In this document: positions 20,480 through 30,638 of the stretch, one piece after another | Position numbering within the stretch: the first letter of the stretch is position 1 | Layout of the letters: each line of letters starts with the position of its first letter | IMG/VR virus record: IMGVR_UViG_3300047499_000102 | Location: 1-64,000 of that record | Reading direction: 5' to 3' (one strand) | DNA length: 64,000 nucleotides | Source: a virus | The notes under the pieces: model-generated | The model's database searches: none | Told to the model about the DNA's origin: nothing | What the model saw: the letters and a program-made list of their open reading frames with translations, nothing else | Position numbers and translations under genes: made by a program

Positions 20480-21993
20480 GCCACGGTCACAAGGTCACTC
20501 GAATCGCCATCACGAACTACCGGGGCGTCCGCGCGCTCGACGCGAAGATCGGCCCGGGCGGCGCGGTCATCAAGGGGCGCAACGGGGGAGGCAAGACCTC
20601 GGTCCTGCGTGCCATCCGCGCCGCCCTGGCCGCGCAGGACATCAGCCCCGACGCCATCACGATCGGCGAGGAACGCGCCGAGATCCTCATCGACGTCGAC
20701 GACGTGAGCGTCCAGCGGGTCATCACCCCGAAGACCACGACGGTGAAGGCCAGCCGCGGAGGGATGTTCGCCGCCAAGCCGCAGACGTTCCTCAACGAGC
20801 TCCTCGGCAACGCCGCCATCGACCCGCTCGATCTGTTCCTGAAGAAGGACAAGGAGCGCCGGGCGGTCATCCTCGAGGCGCTGCCGGTGAGCGTGAGCGC
20901 CGCGCAGCTGCAGAAGTGGGCGCCCGTGCCGGACGACGTGGACACGAGCGGCCACGGGCTCGTCGTGCTCTCGCGCGTGCGGAAGGTCTTCTACGACCAG
21001 CGCACCGACGCCAACCGGGTGAAGGACGAGGCGGAGCGCGAGGTCGCGCGCATCAGCGCCATCCTCGCGAAGATGCCTGCGACGACGGGGCCCGATCTGC
21101 CCGACGCCGAGGCGGAGCTCGACGCCGCCCGCGCCGCCGCCGCGGGGCTCCATCAGCAGGAGGTCGACGCGGAGGCGACCGAAAAGAGGCAGGCGAGCGC
21201 CCGCGCCTCGCTTGAGGGGCTCAAGGCCGAGGCGGCAAAGGCGCGCGCCGACGCGGTCGCGATCGCGAAGATCGCCGAGGAGCAGGCGAAGCGGGAGGCG
21301 TTCGACGCCAAACGCGCCGAGGCCGAGCAGCTGGCGAAGAAGCTCGCCGAAGTGCGCCGGGAGATGCAGGCGCTGGGCAGCGAGTTGGACGCGCTCGTGG
21401 ACGTGAACGACACGGCCGCGCGGCTCGTGGCGGACGCCGAGACGAAGGAGCGGTCGGCCGCCAGCATCGAACAGACGCTCAACGCCACGGTCGCCCGCGT
21501 GACCCCCGAGCAGGTGGCCCAGATCGGCGCCCGCGTCGGGGCCGCGAAGGCTGCCGTGGACGAGGCGAAGGCCAGAGCGCAGCGCGCCGAAGTAGCCAGG
21601 CAACTCGACGAGGCGAAGGCGAAGGCCGCGCGCGCGACTGACGCGGCGCTCAACCTCGACCAGATCGTGAAGCGCCTCACCGACGATGCGCCCGTCGCGC
21701 TCGTCGCGGCCGCCAACGGCATCCCCGGGCTCGTGCTCGACGACGACAAGATCCTCCTCGACGGGGTCGACATCGACAAGCTCTCTGGAGCCGGCCAGAT
21801 GCAGTTCGCGGTGACCGTGGCCAAGCGCCTCAACGCCAAGAGCAAGATGCTGGTCGTGGATGGCATGGAGCGCCTGGACGAAGACAACATCCAGAGCTTC
21901 ATCAAGCTGGCGACCGCCGACGGGTGGCAGCTTTTGGCCACTCGCGTGGCATCCGGTGAGGTCGTGATCGAAGCCATCGAAGCCTCGCCGTGA
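20476..21993 (+). CDS. SMC/SbcC-like ABC ATPase with a long coiled coil
   Basis: Walker A GRNGGGKTS, signature LSGAGQ, Walker B LVVDGMERLD. Confidence 0.88.
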   Translation: MSHGHKVTRIAITNYRGVRALDAKIGPGGAVIKGRNGGGKTSVLRAIRAALAAQDISPDAITIGEERAEILIDVDDVSVQRVITPKTTTVKASRGGMFAAKPQTFLNELLGNAAIDPLDLFLKKDKERRAVILEALPVSVSAAQLQKWAPVPDDVDTSGHGLVVLSRVRKVFYDQRTDANRVKDEAEREVARISAILAKMPATTGPDLPDAEAELDAARAAAAGLHQQEVDAEATEKRQASARASLEGLKAEAAKARADAVAIAKIAEEQAKREAFDAKRAEAEQLAKKLAEVRREMQALGSELDALVDVNDTAARLVADAETKERSAASIEQTLNATVARVTPEQVAQIGARVGAAKAAVDEAKARAQRAEVARQLDEAKAKAARATDAALNLDQIVKRLTDDAPVALVAAANGIPGLVLDDDKILLDGVDIDKLSGAGQMQFAVTVAKRLNAKSKMLVVDGMERLDEDNIQSFIKLATADGWQLLATRVASGEVVIEAIEASP

Positions 21994-22070
21994 TGCTACT
22001 CTCGGGCGAACGAAGCCCCCGCGACCTTGCCGGGTCCGGGGGCCTGACCGAACGCCCGAAGGAGGCGCCG

Positions 22071-22358
22071 ATGCCGAGAGTGTACACGAGGCTGCCGCTG
22101 GCGGACCGCTTCCGCCGATACGTGAACGTCGACGGGCCCATCGTGCGACCCGCGCTCGGTCCGTGCCATCTATGGACCGGAGCGTTCGCCTCTGGCTACG
22201 GGACCATGGGCGTCGGCTCGCGCAGCGACGGGACACGACGCATGGTGGGCGCGCACGTGGTCGCGTTCTTCATCGCCGAGGGGCGCTGGCCGGATGCGCT
22301 CGTGGACGAGTGGATCGCCATCGTGAACGAGGCGGCGGACCTGCGAGGTGTGCCGTGA
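22071..22358 (+). pseudogene. N-terminal half of an HNH_3 homing endonuclease fused to unrelated sequence
   Basis: RFRRYV...GPCHLWTGA..SGYG...AHVVAF...GRWP, with no H-x-C-D...C.NP.HL; a hairpin leader at 22003-22066 covers the RBS region. Confidence 0.65.
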
Positions 22359-22816
22359 TGGACACGGTCGTCATCCAGACCGCGGGCACCGGACGCATCG
22401 TGATCGCCGGTGGTCCGCGGTGTGGGAAGACCACGCTCTCGCGCCGCATCGCTGCGATCATGGGGCTCGACCTGCTGGCCGTGCGCCACACCGACGACCT
22501 CGTCGGCGTGCTGGAGTGGTCAGAGGCATCGGCGCAGGTCGCCGAGTGGCTGGAGGCCCCGGGTCCATTCATCTGCGAGGGCGTGGCGGTCCCGCGAGCG
22601 CTGCGCAAGTGGCTCGCCGCGCACGACACCGGGGCTCCGTGCGACGTCCTGCTCTACCTGACCGAGCCCTTCGAGACGCTACTGAAGGGGCAGGCCGCGA
22701 TGGCAAAGGGCTGCCGCACCGTGTTCGACGAGATCGAGCCAGAACTACGAGCGCGCGGCGTTGAGATCGCGATGGGCGCGGCGCCTTCGCTTGCTCCAAC
22801 ACCTGTGAAGCAGTAG
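22358..22816 (+). CDS. P-loop kinase/NTPase
   Basis: IVIAGGPRCGKTTLS, HTDDL, FICEGV. Confidence 0.75.
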   Translation: MDTVVIQTAGTGRIVIAGGPRCGKTTLSRRIAAIMGLDLLAVRHTDDLVGVLEWSEASAQVAEWLEAPGPFICEGVAVPRALRKWLAAHDTGAPCDVLLYLTEPFETLLKGQAAMAKGCRTVFDEIEPELRARGVEIAMGAAPSLAPTPVKQ

Positions 22817-22843
22817 GTTACCGCGCATGCGTAGCGCATGCGC
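22791..22843 (+). promoter_or_regulatory. Promoter TTGCTC-N17-TAGGTT followed by the operator GCGCATGCG-TAG-CGCATGCGC
   Basis: Exact 17-bp spacing; perfect palindrome 22823-22843; AGGAGG RBS downstream. Confidence 0.7.
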
Positions 22844-22863
22844 ACGACACAAGGAGGACGACC

Positions 22864-24150
22864 GTGGCACGAACAGGTACGAAGCCGGCGACTGAGCCGG
22901 ACGACAACGAGCCGATCGAGGGGGAGTTCGACAACGACCAGCCGGGCGGAGGCGCCGCCGTTGGCGCGCTCGCGACGGTGCGCGGCGGCGCGATGAAGAC
23001 GCAGACGAGCTACCACACCGCCATCGCGGTGCAGAAGCCGCGGTCGATGGCGATCTTCACCGCGAAGGTGGTCGAGGAGGCCGCGCTCTGCGGCGAGGAC
23101 TTCTACTTCGGATGGAAGCAGGGCGGGCAGCAGATCGAGGGCGTCACCATCGGCGGCGCGATGGTCATGCTCCGGCACTACGGCAATTGCGCCCTGGAAC
23201 TCGATCTGGTCGAGGAGGGGCCGAGCCACTGGATCTTCAAGGCGACCTTCATCGACTTGGAGAGCGGCATGTCCCTGCCGCGCCTCTTCCGGCAGCGCAA
23301 GGGCGAGAGTCACCAGAAGTCGGGCGGGGACGCCGAGCGCAACCTCGACATCGCCTTCCAGATCGCCCAGTCGAAGTGCTCTCGCAACGTGGTCCTTCGC
23401 GCGATGCCCGAGTGGCTCGTAAAGAAGGCGCTGGCGGCGGCCAAGGCAGCCGAGGTCGACGGACTGGCGAAGAAGCTGCCCGCGGCGATCGCCAAGAGCA
23501 AGGAGCTTTTCGAGAAGATGGGCGTCAAGCTCATCGACCTCGAGCGCTTCCTCGGGAGCGAAGACGGCAACCTGCCGGCGGCGAAGCCCGAGGCCACGTG
23601 GACGGCCAACGACACGCGCATCCTCGGCGCTCTCTACCGCGGCATCATCGCGCGCGAGACGAGCGTGCCGAAGTCGTTCCCGTGGACCGTCACCGAGAAG
23701 CAGGCGCCGACCGGGGAGGTGCCGCCCGCAGCTGGCGACGCCCCGCCGGCCTCGAAGCCCGAGCCGACGCCCACCGCCACGGCCGAGCAGGCGACGCCGA
23801 AGGTCGCCTGCGTCGTGTGCGGAAAGGAAGTCGGCCCCGCCGATGCCGTCTACACGGGCCAGGGGATGGCGTTCCGGCACGGGGGCTGCCCCATGCCTGC
23901 GGCCGCGATCGCCCAGACGCCCGCAGCAACGCCCGGCGCGCCCCCCGCGTCGACACCCCAGCCCACGCCGACGCCCGCAGCGCAGCCCGGCGCAGCGCCC
24001 GCGCATGGGGCCCAGGCCTCCCTCCCGGGGACACCCTCGGCGGCCGAGCCCCCGAAGGGCAAGGACCGCCGCCGACGGACCGAGGAGGGGCTCGAAGAGC
24101 CGCCCGAGGACCTGAAGCTCGCCGGGGACGAAGACCGCCCCATCAAGTAG
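22864..24150 (+). CDS. Putative single-strand annealing/recombination protein with a Pro/Ala-rich tail
   Basis: FYFGW..GGQQIEGVTIG.A..LRHYGN...SKCSRNVVL.AMP; lies between the ATPase and the exonuclease. Confidence 0.5.
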   Translation: MARTGTKPATEPDDNEPIEGEFDNDQPGGGAAVGALATVRGGAMKTQTSYHTAIAVQKPRSMAIFTAKVVEEAALCGEDFYFGWKQGGQQIEGVTIGGAMVMLRHYGNCALELDLVEEGPSHWIFKATFIDLESGMSLPRLFRQRKGESHQKSGGDAERNLDIAFQIAQSKCSRNVVLRAMPEWLVKKALAAAKAAEVDGLAKKLPAAIAKSKELFEKMGVKLIDLERFLGSEDGNLPAAKPEATWTANDTRILGALYRGIIARETSVPKSFPWTVTEKQAPTGEVPPAAGDAPPASKPEPTPTATAEQATPKVACVVCGKEVGPADAVYTGQGMAFRHGGCPMPAAAIAQTPAATPGAPPASTPQPTPTPAAQPGAAPAHGAQASLPGTPSAAEPPKGKDRRRRTEEGLEEPPEDLKLAGDEDRPIK

Positions 24151-24966
24151 GGCGCACCGCGTCATGTCTACGCCCGCCGAGCGACTACCAGTCGCTCCCC
24201 CATGCCCAGGGGGGGGGGGCGCTGGCGCTGGAGCTGCATCCCCCGGAAGGACCGGCCGCTGACCGAGCGTCAGCGGTTCGTCCTTCGAGGCCAAGGGCGC
24301 CATCATCCGAGAGGGGCACGGTCACATCCGCATCCCCGGGGTACGTTGGCAGATGGTCCGCATCGAAGAAGGAGCGAAGTCTGATGAGCAACGACGACTC
24401 GACGAAGAAGGCGCTGGAGGCGATCGCTGACGCCGCGGAGACGATGGCGAAGGAGCACGAGCACGGCACGTCCGGCGGCTGCGTCATCGGGCAGATCGCC
24501 TCGGGGCTCGGCGCCGCGGCGAGGCGACGCGCGGCCAGCTGCGCGAGCGGGCCCGCCCAGGTGGCGACCGAGAGGTATCGCACGACGTGGGAGCAGACCT
24601 TCGGCGGGCGCAAGGCCGTTCGGGGTGAAGCGTGATGGGCACACGAGCCGAGGAGATGAACGAGGCGGCCGCCCGCGCCGTGGACGCCATCAAGCGAGAC
24701 CTGGGTGGCGAGGACCTGCGCTTCGTCGTCATCGTGACCAACCCGGGCCGCGATTGGGTCGGCATGAGCAGCAACGCGGACCTTGTCGACGTGAGAGCCA
24801 TTCTCGTCGCCGCGACGAAGGCCGCCGAGTGTGAGCCGTTGCCCACGCGCATCGTTCACAAGATCGCCGACGTGAAGAGCCGGACCGCCAAGTGTGGCGT
24901 CTTCCTGTTCGTCAGCGAGCGGCGTACCACGGTCGACGCGCAGGTCACGTGCCCGGGGTGCAGGTC

Positions 24967-26283
24967 GTGACCTTCCGCATCCCCAGCAGCTCGTCTCTAC
25001 CCCTCGTCCATCAGTGCGGCGCGTCCTTCGCCATCCCGCACGGCGGCCGCGGTGGTAGCTCTCGCTCGCGCATGGGCGACGCCCTGCACGAGCACATGGA
25101 CACGCGCGCGAAGTACGGCGTGGGCGAGGCCATGCTGCTCTGCGACCAGATCGCCAAGCGCCACGAGCTGACGCCCCGCGAGACGTCGATCTTTCTCGCC
25201 CGGTGCAAGCACTTCGAGTGGAGCCCCCCCAGAGGCTCCTTCGGCGAGGTCGCGCTCGTGCTCCTCGAGGACGGCACCGTCGAGCGCATGATCGGTGGCA
25301 AGGGCTCCTACACCTGGCCGGCGAACGCCGTCACGGGCGGCACGCTCGACCTGATGTGGAGCGAGCCCGAGCCGCTCGACCTGTCCGACCCGGAGCACCC
25401 ACGCTGCCCGCCAGGGTCCGTGCTATGGGTGCCCGACGTGAAGAGCGGAGAGGAGACGTACGTCGAGCCGGTCGAGCACAACTTCCAGATCCTCACCAAC
25501 GCGCTGCTCGCCGCCCGCTGGACCGGAGCTCGACGCGTTGCCCCGGGCGTCCTCTTCTGGCGCAAGGGCATGGGCGAGTGGGACCTGCCGCTCACCGACG
25601 ACGGCAAGCTCCTGCCCTGGGGCGAGGCCGACATGCGACGGCACGAGCGGCAGGTACGCGCCGACATGGACAACGTCCGCGAGCAGCAGCGCAAGGCGCT
25701 CGCCGGCGAGCCGCTCGACATGGTCGATGGGCCCTGGTGCGAGTGGTGCCCGGCGCGCGCGCGCTGCAGCGTGCACACCGCCCAGCTCAAGATGCTGGCG
25801 ACCGGCGAGATGGCCAAGGTCGGCGACGCCCCCCTCACCGAGCAGGAGCGCACGTGGGTCGCCGACCGCCTGGGCGCCTTCGAGCGCGTCGGCAAGGCCC
25901 TGCGCGACGTGCTGCGCGCCGACGTCGAGGCCAGCGGCCGCGCCATCATTATGAGCAATGGAAATGTCTGGGGGCCATACGACAAGCCCACCAAGAGCAT
26001 CCTCGTCGAGCAGGCGCTGCCCATCCTGCAGGAGGAGCTCGGCGAGCACGCCGCCGAGGTCGTGCAGCGGTCGATCTCGAAGGAGTCGATCGAGGACGTC
26101 GTTCGCGCGATGCACCAGGAGCAGGGCGTGAAGAAGCAACTCGGCTCCACCGTGCGTCGCATCTTCGCCAAGTTCGGCGAGGCCGGCGCGCTGCTCGAGG
26201 AGCCCAAGACCGTCTTCGGCGCGCACAAGCCGAGGGTGGACACCGTCGTGCACGATCCGAACATCGAGGACCTCGACGAATGA
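24967..26283 (+). CDS. Cas4/RecB-like PD-(D/E)XK exonuclease
   Basis: S.S.L..C...G..LHE, GTLDL, VPDVKSG, Q, CEWCPARARC. Confidence 0.8.
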   Translation: MTFRIPSSSSLPLVHQCGASFAIPHGGRGGSSRSRMGDALHEHMDTRAKYGVGEAMLLCDQIAKRHELTPRETSIFLARCKHFEWSPPRGSFGEVALVLLEDGTVERMIGGKGSYTWPANAVTGGTLDLMWSEPEPLDLSDPEHPRCPPGSVLWVPDVKSGEETYVEPVEHNFQILTNALLAARWTGARRVAPGVLFWRKGMGEWDLPLTDDGKLLPWGEADMRRHERQVRADMDNVREQQRKALAGEPLDMVDGPWCEWCPARARCSVHTAQLKMLATGEMAKVGDAPLTEQERTWVADRLGAFERVGKALRDVLRADVEASGRAIIMSNGNVWGPYDKPTKSILVEQALPILQEELGEHAAEVVQRSISKESIEDVVRAMHQEQGVKKQLGSTVRRIFAKFGEAGALLEEPKTVFGAHKPRVDTVVHDPNIEDLDE

Positions 26284-26879
26284 GCAAGTCGCACACCGCG
26301 AAGGAAGCATCTGGGGCGGAGATGAAGTCGGTGCTGCGTAAGCTCGGCATCCTGGCCGAGGCGATCGGGCAGCGACCGCTGACCGTTCCGACCGACGACG
26401 GCGAAGGCGTTGCGCTGGAGACCACCGTGGCCGTGCTCGCCCAGGCGATGTCGCTCATCGAGCGCCAGTACCACACGATCCACAAGGGCCCCCGCTTCGT
26501 GAAGCTCGAGGCGATACCAGACTCCGGCGGTCGACCGGGAGAGTTGTACGCCCTCGACGACCGCGGACGCGTCTTCGTCCACGCCTGCAACTGCGAGTTC
26601 GGCGACATCACGCCGTGGGCGCGCAAGGCGTCCGAGGAACTCGCACGCGTCCAGGCCGACCACGCGCGGCGCAACCGACACGACTGGCGCGTCCTGCTCC
26701 TCACGCCGGCGGCCGTCAGCACCGAGTGGTTTTCCGACTACGTGCACGGGCACGCGCTCGTGATGCCGCTGTCGCCGCGGGTGACCTTCGTGGGGCACGA
26801 GCACGCCTTCCCCAAGGATCTCAGCTTGTCCATTTACGGCGAGGCGCCAGGCTTCGCACCCTGGCGCTGGAAATCGTGA
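26280..26879 (+). pseudogene. Chimeric ORF: hypothetical N-terminus plus the C-terminal half of a phage N6-adenine methyltransferase
   Basis: CNCEFGDITPWARKA...VLLLTPAAVSTEWF..YV......LSPRVTFVG....FPKD; the SAM-binding motif I is missing. Confidence 0.6.
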
Positions 26880-26972
26880 GTCGTGCGAAACGACGAAAAC
26901 GAACTTGCGCTGTGGCCACGCTGGTGCATCACTATCTCTGTCAGCGCGTAAGCTGACGAGGAGGATGGGACG

Positions 26973-28161
26973 ATGCATATGCACATCACGATGGCAGCGG
27001 CGGTGGCCGCGTACCGGGCCGGCAACGATCGCGGCGAGGGTTACGCGCCGTACACCGACGAGGACGAGTCCCTGGTGTCCGCGCTGCTCGGCCGTCTCCA
27101 GGCAGCCGATCACCCGGCGTGGGGCGACGATTGGAGCGAGTGGCTGGACGCGACGGCCGAGCCGATCGCCCGTGAGCTGGTGCTGCCGTGAGCGCCACCG
27201 TCGACACCACCCAGATCCGCTGGAGCGACGACGAGGCCCACGCACTCGACGTCGGCGCCGTCAGACTCGCAGGATTGCTCGGCCGCCCGTGCACTCGGGT
27301 CGAGTTGATAAAATTGCTCGTGCGCGCATGGGCCGCGGAGATGAGGCCGGAATCGATGGTCGAGGGAAAGATGGAGAATGGGAAATGACTCACCCGTGGA
27401 GGCAACGAGCAACGCGACGGAAATGCGTCACGCCGGGGTGTGGGCGCTCGGCAGCTGAGGGGCGCGAACACTGCGTGCTGTGTCGTGTTGCGGACCCTAC
27501 GACCGCTGTCTGCACTCGCGGCGCAGACCTGGCCGAGCAGCGCCGGAGGAAGACGTGAGCCGCTCAGGCCCCAACATCCGCGACGGCGAGCGCAAGCGCC
27601 CGCCCGTCCGCATCACCCTCTCGCGGGAGACAATCGACCGGCTGGACGAGATCGCCAGGGCGCGCGGGACGACGCGATCCGGCGCCGTAGAGCAGCTCGT
27701 GCGCAACGCGCGATTGGGCGAGCGGTAGATCGATGACGACCTACTTGCTGAGCGACGGAAACAGTGAAGAGTACATCCAAGCGGCGGATCTCGCGGATGC
27801 GCGCCGCCAAGCGGAAGCCTGGGTGCGCGCCGGCGACTGGAACGAACCCGAAGAAACGATTTGGATCCGCGTGGTGATCAGCCAGGACGGCGAGCACGCC
27901 GACTCGGTGACGGTGGCGATCGATCCGACGGAGCCCGCATGCTCTAACTACGAGGATCACGACTGGCGATCGCCTTACGCGCTCCTCGTCTGGGGTCACG
28001 GCGGCGGCGGCGTCGTCATCCACGAAGTGTGCGTGCAGTGCGGCTGCAAGCGCACCACGGACACGTGGGCGCAAGATCGCAGCACGGGCGAGCAGGGACT
28101 GACGTCGGTCAGCTACCAGCCCAAGGCGTACTCGGCGGACGAGATCGGCAGGGCGCTGTGA
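26973..28161 (+). CDS. Small early genes, including an RHH protein (27555-27728) and 27733-28161
   Basis: GAGGAGG RBS at ~26962; VRITLSRETIDRLDEIA..RGTTRSGAVEQLV. Confidence 0.6.
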
Positions 28162-28390
28162 GCGCAGAGGACACGCGTCGCTGGCGTCTGGCCAACCCGG
28201 AGCGAGCGAAGGAGCAGGCGCGCCGCGCCACGGCTCGCTATCGGCAGGCTCACCCGGAGCGGGCAGCGGCAAGTATAGCCGCATGGAAAGCCCATAACCG
28301 CGAGCTGGTGCGTGCGGCTGAGCGCAGGTATCAACGTCGGCATCCCGAAAAGCAACGAGAGAAGCTCTGGCGTCGCGCTTTACGTGTCTA
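28158..28390 (+). pseudogene. Basic N-terminal repeat region typical of EndoVII/HNH nucleases, truncated
   Basis: W..ANPE / Y..AHPE repeats ending LRVY, with no CxxC nuclease domain following. Confidence 0.45.
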
Positions 28391-28694
28391 CGCTTCGCGC
28401 GGCGCCCTCTGGGGCTGCATCGATCCGCGCAGTCGCTGGGCGATAAGCGCGGCAAGGCCTGCAAGGGCGGTGACGTCGTGAGCCGCGCCGTGGTTCGCAC
28501 CAAGGCATCCTTCAAGGCGCTCGTGGAGGCCAAGCTCGAGGAGCTGGGCAGCAGGCGCTCGCCTGTACCGATCGACGTCCCTGCGGGGCAAGAGTTTCCG
28601 GGGCCGTGTGTCCTGTGCGGCAAGCAGACGGAGGAGGAAGAGAACGCGGAGCACTTGGAGAGCATCCGGCGACGATGGGGAGGGGCAGCCGTCG

Positions 28695-28751
28695 ATGCTC
28701 GCGGAGACGTGGGACGCGCGGGTGGACCCCAAAGGGTGGCTCATCAGCGAA
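28695..28751 (+). pseudogene. ATP-dependent DNA ligase N-terminal snippet
   Basis: MLAETWDARVDPKGWLISE ends just before the KxDG adenylation motif. Confidence 0.6.
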
Positions 28752-28887
28752 GCCTCCGGCTGGCCCTCTTCGGAGGGCCGTCGAAGCCTGCGCCTCGCCA
28801 GGGAAAGCACCGTTATTTCCTTTCCGGCAAGAGCCCCGCGCTGGGGCGCAGACTTCGGCGGGAGCCGACAACGAAAGGGAGGCGAAG
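28752..28887 (+). ncRNA. Highly structured RNA, resembling the non-coding (bridge-RNA-like) end of an IS110 element
   Basis: Nested stems: GCCTCC/GGAGGC, CGGCT/AGCCG, GGCCCTC-TTCG-GAGGGCC, and a 17-bp stem GTCGAAGCCTGCGCCTC/GGGGCGCAGACTTCGGC; the RBS is sequestered before ATG 28888. Confidence 0.45.
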
Positions 28888-29373
28888 ATGGATAAAAAAG
28901 CGTTTCACTGGGGCCGTCAGCGTCGCCAGCGTGGCCGGCAAACCGATCACGATCGGTGACGCTCACGCTGACTACCCCGGAGCCCATCACTGCGCTGTCG
29001 CGTAGAGCCGTCGCGCAGATGACCCCCGCCCTCGCTCGCGGCCTCGCCCAGCTGCTCAACGCAGCGGCCGACCGCGCGGAGGCGCTCTGATGGGCACCGT
29101 CACCCGCTCCGCCGTCATCGCCGTGCTGCGAACGGTTCGCGACGGTCAGCGCCCGCCGTGCGACACCGTGCCGCAGATCGACGCCATCACGGCCGCCATC
29201 GGCATGGGCTGGCTCGAGACCGACGACGGGGAGAAGCACCTGCGCAGGTGGCGCCTGGAGCTCACCGACGAGGGGCGCAAGCAGGCGGGGCCGGTGCTAC
29301 GGTTGATCGCTGGGGGGCGGGGATGATGCTGACACCCGTGCGCCCGTCATTTTCGGAACGTGAAAGGACAACC

Positions 29374-30603
29374 ATGAGGATTGCAGCAGACGAGCTGAAG
29401 ACCATGCTGGAGCAGCACAAGCTCTGGAGAGATAGCGGTGGGGATCGTGGCGCACGCGCGAACCTCGCACGCGCGGACCTCGCAGGCGCGGACCTCGCAC
29501 GCGCGGACCTCGCACGCGCGGACCTCGCAGACGCGTACCTCGCAGGCGCGGACCTCGCAGGCGCGGACCTCGCAGGCGCGGACCTCGCAGGCGCGAACCT
29601 CGCAGACGCGAACCTCGCAGACGCGTACCTCGCAGGCGCGGACCTCGCAGACGCGAACCTCGCAGGCGCGAACCTCGCAGACGCGTACCTCGCAGACGCG
29701 TACCTCGCAGGCGCGAACCTCGCAGGCGCGGACCTCGCAGGCGCGAACCTCGCAGGCGCGGACCTCGCAGGCGCGGACCTCGCACGCGCGGACCTCGCAG
29801 GCGCGGACCTCGCAGGCGCGGACCTCGCAGGCGCGGACCTCGCACGCGCGGACCTCGCACGCGCGGACCTCGCACGCGCGGACCTCGCACGCGCGGACCT
29901 CGCAGGCGCGAACCTCGCAGACGCGGACCTCGCAGACGCGTACCTCGCAGGCGCGAACCTCGCAGACGCGAACCTCGCAGGCGCGAACCTCGCAGACGCG
30001 GACCTCGCAGACGCGTACCTCGCACGCGCGGACCTCGCAGGCGCGTACCTCGCAGGCGCGAACCTCGCAGGCGCGAACCTCGCAGACGCGGACCTCGCAG
30101 ACGCGTACCTCGCAGACGCGAACCTCGCACGCGCGAACCTCGCAGACGCGTACCTCGCAGACGCGTACCTCGCAGGCGCGAGAAACAGGCCCGCGTCGCT
30201 GGCCGACCACAAAGATCCCGAGACGCCATATGTGCGATCGGGGCGAGCGACGACTCCCGAGGCGCGACGGGCAGAACGCCTGGCCTCAGCGCAGCGGTAT
30301 CGCGAGCATCATCCCAAGGTGCCCGTTGTGGAGCGACTGGACGCGAAGATCCTCGACGCCGTATCTCTGCCTGGCAACGCGCTCAACATGGGCGACTGGC
30401 ACACGTGCGAGACGACACACTGCCGAGGTGGCTGGGCGGTGCATCTGGCGGGTGAGGCCGGGTACGCGCTGGAGGCCGAGTTGGGCTCCGCTGAGTCGGC
30501 AGCGCGAGCCATCTACCGCGCGAGCACCGGACGTGCGCCGCACTTCTACGCGACCAACGAGCGGGCACTGGAGGACATCAGGCGGTGTGCGGCAGAGCAC
30601 TGA
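29374..30603 (+). CDS. Pentapeptide-repeat protein with a C-terminal Cys/His domain
   Basis: A(D/N/Y)LA(G/D/R) x48; [14 protein letters not shown]. Confidence 0.92.
   Translation: MRIAADELKTMLEQHKLWRDSGGDRGARANLARADLAGADLARADLARADLADAYLAGADLAGADLAGADLAGANLADANLADAYLAGADLADANLAGANLADAYLADAYLAGANLAGADLAGANLAGADLAGADLARADLAGADLAGADLAGADLARADLARADLARADLARADLAGANLADADLADAYLAGANLADANLAGANLADADLADAYLARADLAGAYLAGANLAGANLADADLADAYLADANLARANLADAYLADAYLAGARNRPASLADHKDPETPYVRSGRATTPEARRAERLASAQRYREHHPKVPVVERLDAKILDAVSLPGNALNMGDWHTCETTHCRGGWAVHLAGEAGYALEAELGSAESAARAIYRASTGRAPHFYATNERALEDIRRCAAEH
29458..30177 (+). repeat. 15-bp tandem repeat x48 (GCG[G/A/T]ACCTCGCA[GG/GA/CG]C)
   Basis: Directly visible; encodes the pentapeptides. 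Confidence 0.95.
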
Positions 30604-30638
30604 CACCCATGCGCCCGAGCAAGTAGGAGGCAACCGAG

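Noticed and set aside
24967-26283. cas4 as part of a CRISPR-Cas locus
   Set aside because: No array or other cas genes; the context is a phage recombination module.
20179-27245. Long antisense or alternate-frame ORFs (e.g. 20179-22236, 22654-24306, 25308-27245, also 49572-51644)
   Set aside because: Shadow ORFs caused by high GC3 on the true coding strand; no motifs.
29458-30177. CRISPR array or DGR variable region
   Set aside because: Contiguous 15-bp coding units with no unique spacers; no reverse transcriptase or TR/VR pair seen in the window.
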